This document shows, one piece after another, positions 51,513-58,594 of a stretch of 58,594 nucleotides of DNA. Numbering within the stretch: position 1 is the stretch's first letter; each line of letters opens with the position of its first letter. The notes below the pieces were generated by a model that did no database searches, was not told the DNA's origin, and saw only the letters and a program-made list of their open reading frames with translations. The translations under genes were made by a program, and so were the position numbers. Origin of the DNA: Actinomycetes bacterium (lineage in GTDB: Bacteria > Actinomycetota > Acidimicrobiia > Acidimicrobiales > Acidimicrobiaceae); NCBI GenBank assembly GCA_021784675.1, contig JAJYHR010000160.1:1-58594 (forward strand), read 5' to 3'.

Positions 51513-52949
51513 TCAGGAGGACTGGCCTGCGGGGAGCCTCATCCGCACCGACGCCCCGCCACCGGGCGCGCTGCCGAAGGCGATCCGCCCATCGAGCTGG
51601 CTGGTCACCAGGTCCCTGACGATGGCGAGACCGAGAGAGGATGCGCTGGCCGCGGCGAGATCCTCCGGGAACCCAATCCCGTCGTCCATGATCTCCAGCG
51701 ACAGCTCGCCGGCATTGCGCTCGAAGGCCACCACCACCCGGAGCCGCTTCGACTCTGGCCCGTAACCGTGCTCGAGTGAGTTCTGGAGTAGCTCCGCGAT
51801 CGCGATAGCCAGCGGGGTTACCTTGGCGGCGTCCATCCGCCCTGCCTTGCCCTCCACCCTGATCTCCACCTCCCGGCCTGGGAGGTTGGACTCCTCCGCC
51901 AGCCGGACCAGGGTCCCGATGATCTCGTCGATCTCCACCTGCTCCGAGATGTCGCGGGAGAGGAACTCGTGGACCAGCGCGATCGAGCGGATCCGCCGCT
52001 CCGCCTCGTTCAGGGCCTCCCTGGCGTCGGCATTGGAGAGCCGCCTCCCCTGGAGCCGGAGGAGAGACGAGATGGTCTGTAGGTTGTTCTTGACCCGGTG
52101 GTGCACCTCGCGGATAGTGGCGTCCTTCGACGCGAGCAGCCGGTCCCGTTGCCGGATGTCGGTCACGTCACGGAGCAGCAGTATGTACCCGGTAAGGGTA
52201 TCACCAACAAAGATCGGCAGGCAGTAGAAGGTAACGGTGACGCCGCGGACCCGCTCCACCTCCTCCAGGACCGGAGCGCTGAGGGCGCGGGCACGGGATG
52301 GGGCCTGGATGCGCAAACCGACCTTGGCCAGCTCCTCGCCCGGCCTGGCCTCGTTGCAGCCGAGCCGGTGCAGCGCGCTGAGGGCGTTCGGAGAGAGGAA
52401 GCTGATCCGCTCCTCAGCGTCCAGCACGCAGACGCCGTCCCCGACCCTTGGAGCCTCCTCCACCTCTCCGGGGGGGTAGGGAAACCTTCCCTCGACGATC
52501 ATCTGGGTAAAGCGGCCGAAGAGCGACATGTATATGGTCTCGAGCTCACCCGGGTTGCGCTGCTGCTCCCGGAGCTGGTCCCTGATCAGCACGGCAAAGA
52601 CCTCTCCGTCTACGGAGAGCGGGATGAACCAGGAGCGCATGGGCCTCCCCGAACGCGGGTCGACCCGATCCCCGGTGGTCACCACGCCGTCGAGAAGGCA
52701 CTGCCCCACCGGCGAGCTCGGGTCGAGATCGAAGTTCATCCCGATCAGGTCCCCGGGGTGAACCGTCTGGGCGGTCGCCGGGCGGACCTGGGCGACGATG
52801 ACGTACCCCGGCCTCGACTGCCCCTTCGCCAGTAGCGCGATGGTGAGATCGGAGAAGCCGAGGTCGGCCAGGAACCCCCAGAAGCGGCGGAGCTCTGCAA
52901 GGTACGACCGCTGGTTTGCGGTTAGCCTCTCGTCAACCGGTTCGAGCAT
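51513..52949 (-). CDS. sensor histidine kinase, HisKA_2/HWE-like (PdtaS-like GAF-PAS architecture)
   Basis: 478-aa soluble ORF. H-box EVHHRVKNNLQTISSLLRLQ and HATPase_c (LQNSLEHG...DDGIGFP...GLAIV). No response regulator is adjacent. Confidence 0.85.
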   Translation of the reverse strand: MLEPVDERLTANQRSYLAELRRFWGFLADLGFSDLTIALLAKGQSRPGYVIVAQVRPATAQTVHPGDLIGMNFDLDPSSPVGQCLLDGVVTTGDRVDPRSGRPMRSWFIPLSVDGEVFAVLIRDQLREQQRNPGELETIYMSLFGRFTQMIVEGRFPYPPGEVEEAPRVGDGVCVLDAEERISFLSPNALSALHRLGCNEARPGEELAKVGLRIQAPSRARALSAPVLEEVERVRGVTVTFYCLPIFVGDTLTGYILLLRDVTDIRQRDRLLASKDATIREVHHRVKNNLQTISSLLRLQGRRLSNADAREALNEAERRIRSIALVHEFLSRDISEQVEIDEIIGTLVRLAEESNLPGREVEIRVEGKAGRMDAAKVTPLAIAIAELLQNSLEHGYGPESKRLRVVVAFERNAGELSLEIMDDGIGFPEDLAAASASSLGLAIVRDLVTSQLDGRIAFGSAPGGGASVRMRLPAGQSS

Positions 52950-52955
52950 CCAGGC

Positions 52956-53828
52956 CTACAGCGCCGTTGCCCTCGGCTTGCGCCCGGAGAAGCGGGTCAG
53001 CTCCTCGTAGCCGGCCACCTTCAGCGCCTGGGAGAGCTCCCCGGCCCGGTCGGCGACGTCTCCCAGGCCGTGCGCGTCCGAGGCCGTGGTAACCCCAATA
53101 CCCAGGGCGCGGAACCGGTCAAGAAGGTAAGGCGCCGGGTAGATCTCGTTAACCGGCTTCCGGCGTCCCGCGGAGGAGACCTCGGCGGTCATGGAGTGCG
53201 ACGCCGCCGCCTCCGCCATCCGGTCGTAGTACTCCTCGGGAACCGCCGGGCGGTGGCCGGCCACCTTGACCAGATCAGGATGGGCGAGGACATCCACCGT
53301 CTCCGAAGCCGCAAGCTCCTCCAACGCCCTGGTATATCCCTGCCAGGCCGGCTCCACCCCGACCCGCTCCCACTCGGCCATCACCACCGGGTCGTCCACG
53401 TGATCGAAGGGCCACGCCTGGATCCAGTGGATCGACCCCAAGAGGACGTCGAAGGGGTAACCGGAGAGAAGGGCGGCCACGCCCGCCATCTCTCCCTCGT
53501 AGTAGTCGACCTCGAGCCCGAGGACCACCGGGAGGCCGGCCTTCTTGGCCGCGAGCCCGACCTCCACGTACTGATCGAGGTCGGCAGTGGAGTTGCGCTC
53601 CCAGTACTCCTCCATCAGGCTCCGGACCGGGGACGCGTCGTACCGGCGGAAGAACCCCTTGAGCAACGCCGAGGCCTCCCGGAACCGGTAGAAGTGCTCG
53701 GTGATCGCGATCTCGGTAACCCCGTTCCCGGCGGCCTTCTCGCAGTACGCGGCGAGCTGCTCGATGGTGGCCTCGGTGCTCGGCTTCGAGTGCGACCAGA
53801 GGTGGAGGTGGTAGTCGATCACAATCAA
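52956..53828 (-). CDS. PHP-family histidinol-phosphatase (HisJ-type)
   Basis: 290-aa ORF (M)IVIDYHLHLWSH...ITEHF...GSIHW...SDAHG metal-ligand pattern. Start is TTG 53826-53828 or GTG 53820-53822. Confidence 0.8.
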   Translation of the reverse strand: MIVIDYHLHLWSHSKPSTEATIEQLAAYCEKAAGNGVTEIAITEHFYRFREASALLKGFFRRYDASPVRSLMEEYWERNSTADLDQYVEVGLAAKKAGLPVVLGLEVDYYEGEMAGVAALLSGYPFDVLLGSIHWIQAWPFDHVDDPVVMAEWERVGVEPAWQGYTRALEELAASETVDVLAHPDLVKVAGHRPAVPEEYYDRMAEAAASHSMTAEVSSAGRRKPVNEIYPAPYLLDRFRALGIGVTTASDAHGLGDVADRAGELSQALKVAGYEELTRFSGRKPRATAL

Positions 53829-54077
53829 ATCCTAGTGGGAGCCGGGGTCGTTCCAAAATTGCCGCCTGGCTGGACAGGATCTCCGGTCTCGCCCGGAGAC
53901 CTGGTCTACGCCTCGCAACCCTGCGCGACCTCCAGGGCCCTGAGGGAGGTCTCCCGCAGCCCTCTGGTGGGCGCGGCTTGGGCCCGCGGCCGGCATTGGG
54001 AAGAACGCCGGCTCCCGCCAGCGGCCGAAGCCCAAGGTACTCGCGGCTCCGCGGCAGGGCCAGATACGGCGGCCGCA

Positions 54078-55217
54078 TCAGCTCGGGTCGAAGCGCCTCG
54101 CCGTCGCTACCAGCCGGGCTAGCGCCGCCGCATCCACCAGCTCCTCGGCCGCGATCGGGATCTCGAAGATGGGGACGCTCGGATCGATCCGGGTAAGCGT
54201 CTCCCGCGAATGGGCCATCTCGATCTGGTCGCGGATGCCCAGCACCTCGGCTACCGTACGGCGTGCGATCGACCGATCCAGCTCGCTTCCCGCCTGATCG
54301 AGGAGCAGCTCCAGCCCCTCGCTTCCCAGCCATCTCGCGGCGGTCTCCGCCTCCTCGCTAAAGAGCCGCGCCGGCCAGGACCGGTTGACGAACCAGGCGG
54401 CCTCGTGAATTCCCCGGCGCGCCAGCGCGGTGAGCAGGCGCTCCGCCTCCACCACCGATGGGCCGTAGGGATCGGAGACGACGATGAACCCGGTCTCCTC
54501 CTGAGTGAGCAGGTCACTGAAGCCGACGCTCTGGGCTACCAGCCCGTCACGGAGCCGCGAGAAGTCGGTGAAAAAGTCGGTCAGGTCGCTGAGGAAGGCA
54601 CCGCCCATGATCGCCTCGGCAACCAGGTAGAAGGGCCGGGTTGCCAGGGAGAAGACCCTGGTCCTCCGCGGGAGGGTCAGCAACGCGAGCAGATTGGAAG
54701 AGAAGAACTCGCGGAGCCGCCGGGGAGCGTCTAGGAAGTCCAGCGCGTTCCGGGAGGGGGGAGTATCGACGATAACGACGTCGTAGCTCCGCTCCGCGGT
54801 GAGCGAGGCGAGAACCTCCACCGCCGCGTAGTCGTAGGAGCCGATGAACTTCGAGGAGAGGTTGTGGTAGATCGGGCTGGCCAGGATCCGGGACTGGGTC
54901 GCGGCGTCCGGGGAGTGCTTCTCGATCAGCGAGTCCCAGGCCCGCTTCATATCCACCGAGGCTGCAAAGAGCTTTCCTCTCGGCTCCAGCGAGGCGGGGA
55001 GCTTGATCTCGACCGGGGTGTTGGCCAGCGGGCCGACCCCGAGGCTGGAGGCGAGCCGCTTCGCCGGATCGACAGTGACCACCAGCACCCGGAGCTCAAA
55101 TGAGACGGCAGCGTCCACGCCGAGAGAGGCCGCCATCGTGGTCTTGCCAACCCCTCCGCTGCCGACCACCAGCAGCCGGGAGTAGCGAGCGAGCGGCTCC
55201 CACACCTCCCTTACCAC
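54078..55217 (-). CDS. ArsA/Get3-like P-loop ATPase, divergent member
   Basis: 379-aa ORF with GTG start. Deviant Walker A VVGSGGVGKTT. The switch-II region is DTPPSRNALDFL, with no GH. It overlaps the upstream ATPase gene by 7 nt. Confidence 0.85.
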   Translation of the reverse strand: MVREVWEPLARYSRLLVVGSGGVGKTTMAASLGVDAAVSFELRVLVVTVDPAKRLASSLGVGPLANTPVEIKLPASLEPRGKLFAASVDMKRAWDSLIEKHSPDAATQSRILASPIYHNLSSKFIGSYDYAAVEVLASLTAERSYDVVIVDTPPSRNALDFLDAPRRLREFFSSNLLALLTLPRRTRVFSLATRPFYLVAEAIMGGAFLSDLTDFFTDFSRLRDGLVAQSVGFSDLLTQEETGFIVVSDPYGPSVVEAERLLTALARRGIHEAAWFVNRSWPARLFSEEAETAARWLGSEGLELLLDQAGSELDRSIARRTVAEVLGIRDQIEMAHSRETLTRIDPSVPIFEIPIAAEELVDAAALARLVATARRFDPS

Positions 55218-56131
55218 AGCTCGACCTCTAGAGACTCGGCCACCTCCATGACCAGATCCAGGTTGGCCTCCGAGCCCAGGAGCTCCGCTACGGTCGCCAC
55301 CGGTAGTTCGCCCATGGCCGCTTGCAGGGTGGCGATGTTCCCCGCATGGCGCGTGGCGATGCCAACGTATAGATCGGCCGCCTCCACAACCGGGCCAAGC
55401 TGGCCGGCGGCGCCTGCGACCGAACGGATCCGCTCCAGCTCGGCCTGCTCCAGCTCCCCCAGCGGGTTGTGGATCACCCGGTTGACCACGGCCCCGCCCA
55501 GGTGTACCGGGGTCTCCGACCGGATCCGCGAGGCGAGCTCCACAGACTCCTCCACCGCGGTCTCGTCCGGCGTCGCCACCAGCACCGCGGTGGAGCGGTC
55601 CTGGTCGGCCAGGATCTCGAGCATCCAGGAGGTCTGGTTGCGGATCATCCCGAGCTGGATGAGATCGCCCACGTCGCTCGTCACTCCCAGCTGCGAGATG
55701 ACGTGCCCGCTCGCCGGAGGGTCGACGACGATCAGGTCGAAATGATTCTCCTTAGCTTCGTAGCAGAGCTTCCCCACCACCAGGATCTCCTTTACACCCG
55801 GGGCGGCAGTGGAGACGAAGTCGAAGATCCGCGCCAGGCCCGGCATCTTGGAGAGCATCGGGACCTTGACGAAGATCCGCAGGTACTCCTCCAGGGACGC
55901 CTCGGTATCCATCTCCATGACCGAGAGCGACGGCAAGACCTCGACCGGCTCGAACCCGATCCCGTGCCTCCCGAAGATGGCTCCGACGTCTCCCTTCCCG
56001 TCGGCCTCGACGACGAGGGTTCTCCTCCCCGACGCGGCTCCCAGGCAGCCGATAGCGGCCGCCACCGTCGACTTCCCCACCCCGCCTTTTCCGGTCACAA
56101 ACACCAGCTGGTGCTCGAGGAGCGAGGTCAC
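55211..56131 (-). CDS. ArsA/Get3-like P-loop ATPase, canonical-motif member
   Basis: GTG 56129-56131 gives (M)TSLLEHQLVFVTGKGGVGKSTVAAA..., with VVDPPASGH in switch II. The track start at 56356 is an Arg-rich over-extension across the DUF3107 gene. Confidence 0.85.
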   Translation of the reverse strand: MTSLLEHQLVFVTGKGGVGKSTVAAAIGCLGAASGRRTLVVEADGKGDVGAIFGRHGIGFEPVEVLPSLSVMEMDTEASLEEYLRIFVKVPMLSKMPGLARIFDFVSTAAPGVKEILVVGKLCYEAKENHFDLIVVDPPASGHVISQLGVTSDVGDLIQLGMIRNQTSWMLEILADQDRSTAVLVATPDETAVEESVELASRIRSETPVHLGGAVVNRVIHNPLGELEQAELERIRSVAGAAGQLGPVVEAADLYVGIATRHAGNIATLQAAMGELPVATVAELLGSEANLDLVMEVAESLEVELW

Positions 56132-56135
56132 CGAT

Positions 56136-56369
56136 CTAGGCGCTGAACCCGACCTTGCGCTGGTTCCGGTCCGGCCCGAGCTCGATATACGCGATCTTGG
56201 CGACCGGCACCCCGACCCGGCGGCCCTTGCGGTCCGAGATCCAGTAGACCCCGACTCCAGCCGCAATCGCCTGCTCGATCGCGTCCACCACGCTCTGCTG
56301 CTCGCTCGCCTCGTCCAGCTCCAGATCGAGCTCCCGCGGCGAGTCGGCAATACCAATCCGCAGCTCCAT
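56136..56369 (-). CDS. DUF3107-family small acidic protein
   Basis: 77-aa ORF MELRIGIADSPRELDLELDE...DRKGRRVGVPVAKIAYIELG... It lies 8 nt after the mrp stop and 4 nt before the ArsA-like start. Confidence 0.8.
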   Translation of the reverse strand: MELRIGIADSPRELDLELDEASEQQSVVDAIEQAIAAGVGVYWISDRKGRRVGVPVAKIAYIELGPDRNQRKVGFSA

Positions 56370-56377
56370 TGAACCTC

Positions 56378-57493
56378 CTACTTTGCTTGAACCTTGAGGT
56401 CGGCCCGGTAGCGCCTGGCCGGTCCCATGGCGACCACCGCGTCGACAACTCCAAAGATGGCCTTGGAGGCCGGGTCGTCGGGGGCGGCGACCACCACCGG
56501 ACTGCCCTGATCTCCGCCCCTCCGCAAACCCATGGTGAGCGGGACCGACCCCAGCACCGGCACCTCGAGGAGGCTAGAGAGGACCTGGCCCCCGCCCTCC
56601 CCGAAGATCGGGTAGTTGGTCCCGTCGTCGGCAGTGAAGCCGGCCATGTTCTCGATCACGCCGCGCACCGGAAGCTTCAGCTTCCGGGCGGCCAGCGCCG
56701 ACCGCTGCGCCACCCGAGTCGCGGCCTCCTGCGGAGTGCTCACCACGAAGACCTCGGAGCGGGGCAGGAACTCCTGGAGGGAGAGGGTGATGTCGCCCGT
56801 TCCGGGCGGCATGTCCACCACCAGGTAGTCGAGGGAGCCCCAGTAGACATCGACCAGGAACTGCTCGATGGTCTTGTGCAGCATCGGCCCCCGCCAGATC
56901 ACCGGCGTGTCCTCCTCGACGAAGAAGCCCAGGGACATCACCTTGATTCCATGGGCCATCGGCGGGATGATCAGGTCGTCGACCACGCGAGGGAAGCGCT
57001 CTACCCCCAGCATCTTCGGTATCGAGAACCCGTAGACGTCGGCGTCGAGGACCGCCACGTCGAAACCGCGGATTGCGAGGCCGACTGCGAGGTTTGCCGA
57101 TACCGACGACTTGCCGACGCCACCCTTGCCGGAGGAGATGCCGAGCACCCGGGTCTTCGATGAGGGCCGGGAGAATACCGGCTTCCTCTCCTCGCGGGCG
57201 GAGACGGACTCCGGATCGAGGAGCCTCTCCCTCAACGCCACCTGCCCCTCCGGATCGAGCGCCTGGAGCTTGAGCTCGAAGCTGCCCACCGCGGAGAGCG
57301 CCGCCTGCGCGCGCTCGCGGAGCTCGTCTTGGATCTCGGGTGCTCCTCCGACGTAGTAGATGGTGACCTTGCTCTTCAGCAAGCCCCGCTCCACCGGCCC
57401 CACCAGGCCAAGAGAGACGATGTCGGAACCAAGCTCCTCGTCGACGACACCCTGGAGGGCACGGTACACCTCGGCCTCGTCCCCTTTTGCCAC
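56378..57493 (-). CDS. mrp: Mrp/ApbC/NBP35-family P-loop ATPase with N-terminal DUF59-like domain (cysteine-free)
   Basis: 371-aa ORF with GTG start. Walker A ISSGKGGVGKSSVSANLA, and DMPPGTGD. The position of the usual CxxC reads ENMAGFTADDGTNYPIFG, and I see no Cys anywhere in the protein. Confidence 0.88.
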   Translation of the reverse strand: MAKGDEAEVYRALQGVVDEELGSDIVSLGLVGPVERGLLKSKVTIYYVGGAPEIQDELRERAQAALSAVGSFELKLQALDPEGQVALRERLLDPESVSAREERKPVFSRPSSKTRVLGISSGKGGVGKSSVSANLAVGLAIRGFDVAVLDADVYGFSIPKMLGVERFPRVVDDLIIPPMAHGIKVMSLGFFVEEDTPVIWRGPMLHKTIEQFLVDVYWGSLDYLVVDMPPGTGDITLSLQEFLPRSEVFVVSTPQEAATRVAQRSALAARKLKLPVRGVIENMAGFTADDGTNYPIFGEGGGQVLSSLLEVPVLGSVPLTMGLRRGGDQGSPVVVAAPDDPASKAIFGVVDAVVAMGPARRYRADLKVQAK

Positions 57494-57526
57494 CCGGCCT
57501 CCTTATCGATACGCCCGTCCACAGAT

Positions 57527-57537
57527 GAACACTGTTC
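57527..57537. promoter_or_regulatory. palindrome GAACA-c-TGTTC in the mrp / regulator divergent intergenic region (candidate operator)
   Basis: Read directly in the 91-nt spacer 57494-57584. Confidence 0.25.
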
Positions 57538-57584
57538 TAGGGATTAAACTAGTCACCTGGGGCCTTGTACTTGTTACCTCGAAG

Positions 57585-58319
57585 ATGGGAGCCGTGGTGA
57601 GCACCGTTGCTGAAGAGGTGTCGGTCACCGATGAGTTTACCGGCGCCGTGCAGGCGCTGGCGCGCGCCCTTGGCGACCCGACCCGCCGGGGGATCTACCT
57701 CTTCGTCCGGCGGCAGGGCTCGGCCACGGCGCAGGGGGTTGCCCGCCAGTTCGACCTCCACCCCAACGTAGCCCGGCACCACCTTGACCGGCTGGCCGCC
57801 AGCGGCTACGTCGAGATCTTCACCGACCGCGGCCAATCGCACGTCGGACGGCCATCCAAGCAGTACCGGTCGCTCAAGGAGCCGTCCCTGATCGACGGCA
57901 TCACCGACCAGGCCGCGCTGCTCGGCAAGCTGCTCGGCCGGCTGATCTCCGAGATCGACCCGAAGGTGGTCGAGGTGGTCGCCTACGACGTCGGCTTCGA
58001 GTACGGCCGCGACCTCGCGCTCGCCATGAACGGGAAGGACCCCACGAAGAGCGTCTCCGCGAGCCTCAAGCTGGTCGCCGACGCCCTCACCCGCACCGGC
58101 TTCTCCGCCACCGCCACCGTCCGAGACGGGGAGTTCCACCTCGACAGCCACACCTGCCCCTTCGGCAAGCTGGTGACCGACCACCCGGTCCTCTGCGCCA
58201 CCGAGCGCGGGATCGTCGAGGGGCTCATGCAGGGTCTGGTCCGCGGTACCTCGCAGCTCCGCGCGCTCTCGGAGCGAGGCACGCCCGATCCCTGCCGGAT
58301 AGAGATCCGGCGCGGCTGA
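57585..58319 (+). CDS. ArsR-like winged-HTH transcriptional regulator with Cys-containing C-terminal domain
   Basis: ATG 57585 gives MGAVVSTVAEE...LGDPTRRGIYLFV...AQGVARQFDLHPNVARHHLDRLAASGYVE... The C-terminus has HTCPFGKLVTDHPVLCATERG...DPCRIE (C-X12-C-X32-C). The track start at 57360 overlaps mrp. Confidence 0.75.
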   Translation: MGAVVSTVAEEVSVTDEFTGAVQALARALGDPTRRGIYLFVRRQGSATAQGVARQFDLHPNVARHHLDRLAASGYVEIFTDRGQSHVGRPSKQYRSLKEPSLIDGITDQAALLGKLLGRLISEIDPKVVEVVAYDVGFEYGRDLALAMNGKDPTKSVSASLKLVADALTRTGFSATATVRDGEFHLDSHTCPFGKLVTDHPVLCATERGIVEGLMQGLVRGTSQLRALSERGTPDPCRIEIRRG

Positions 58320-58325
58320 CCGCGG

Positions 58326-58594
58326 CTAGGAGAAGCGCTCCTCGCTCCAGGGATCACCGTGGTTGTGGTAACCGTTCCGCTCCCAGAAGCCGGGCCGGTC
58401 GGCGCGGCTAAACTCCAGGCCGCGCACCCATTTTGCCGACTTCCAGAAGTACAGGCTGGGCATGAGGAACCTGACCGGATACCCGTGATCGGGTTCGAGG
58501 GGCTCCCCCCCGTACTCGAGCGCCAGCATGGCGCGGGGATCGCTCGCCACCTCGGAAAGCGGCACGTTGGTAGAGAACCCGTACTCCGCCCACA
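58326..58594 (-). CDS. molybdopterin-dependent (sulfite-oxidase-family, YedY/MsrP-like) oxidoreductase, C-terminal part only
   Basis: ...[88 protein letters not shown]. The reading frame continues past the window end. Confidence 0.8.
   Translation of the reverse strand, partial: WAEYGFSTNVPLSEVASDPRAMLALEYGGEPLEPDHGYPVRFLMPSLYFWKSAKWVRGLEFSRADRPGFWERNGYHNHGDPWSEERFS

Noticed and set aside
53829-54077. A 249-nt gap between the second ArsA-like gene and the PHP phosphatase. I looked for a small WhiB-like or other ORF and for a terminator.
   Set aside because: No ORF with plausible composition or Cys pattern is present. The only structure is a modest 7-bp hairpin (53880-53899) without an adjacent U-tract. 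The gap is left unannotated.
55211-56356. Long N-terminal extensions in track ORFs: the ArsA-like gene to 56356, rpsI to 9660, truA to 11006, rpsH to 19568, rpsJ to 26592, rpmD to 17723, rplL to 39012, PIG-L from 46185 and the wHTH gene from 57360
   Set aside because: The extensions overlap well-supported neighbouring genes, are Arg/Ser/Pro-rich, and are not part of the conserved protein families. Internal starts with Shine-Dalgarno sequences reproduce the canonical N-termini.

Overview
This is a 58.6-kb high-GC bacterial chromosomal window, roughly two-thirds G+C by eye (not computed). Several families here are typical of Actinomycetota: DUF3090, SCO1664-type, DUF3107, paired ArsA-like ATPases, a PdtaS-like kinase and a PIG-L deacetylase. 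I cannot assign a genus without a search. About 33 kb of the minus strand (9160-42261) is one uninterrupted translation/transcription cluster: secE-nusG-rplKA-rplJL-rpoBC-rpsLG-fusA-tuf, then the S10 operon, the spc operon (with secY-adk-map-infA-rpmJ), the alpha operon, and truA-rplM-rpsI. It continues directly into glmM-glmS. The left flank holds alr (partial), nnr, acpS, a LysR regulator, a divergent TDT-family transporter and a GT4 glycosyltransferase. The right flank holds a kinase-like/DUF3090/histidine-phosphatase trio, thiolase, Bcp, a PIG-L deacetylase, an ABC exporter, BluB, EtfBA, an orphan sensor kinase and a PHP phosphatase. It ends with an operon of three deviant-Walker-A ATPases plus DUF3107, a divergent wHTH regulator and a partial Moco oxidoreductase. 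I found no rRNA, tRNA, CRISPR array, transposase, integrase or phage genes. I did not see an obvious novel multi-gene system such as a defence island. The items most worth follow-up are: (1) the mrp-like/DUF3107/ArsA-like x2 operon, whose Mrp homologue has no cysteine at all; (2) the translationally coupled phosphatase/DUF3090/PI3-4-kinase-like trio of unknown function; (3) a ~500-nt unexplained non-coding stretch upstream of secE, where tRNA-Trp/rpmG often sit; (4) infA, which appears to start at CTG. Many ORF-track entries are long antisense shadow ORFs typical of GC-rich DNA, or over-extended N-termini, and were not called.
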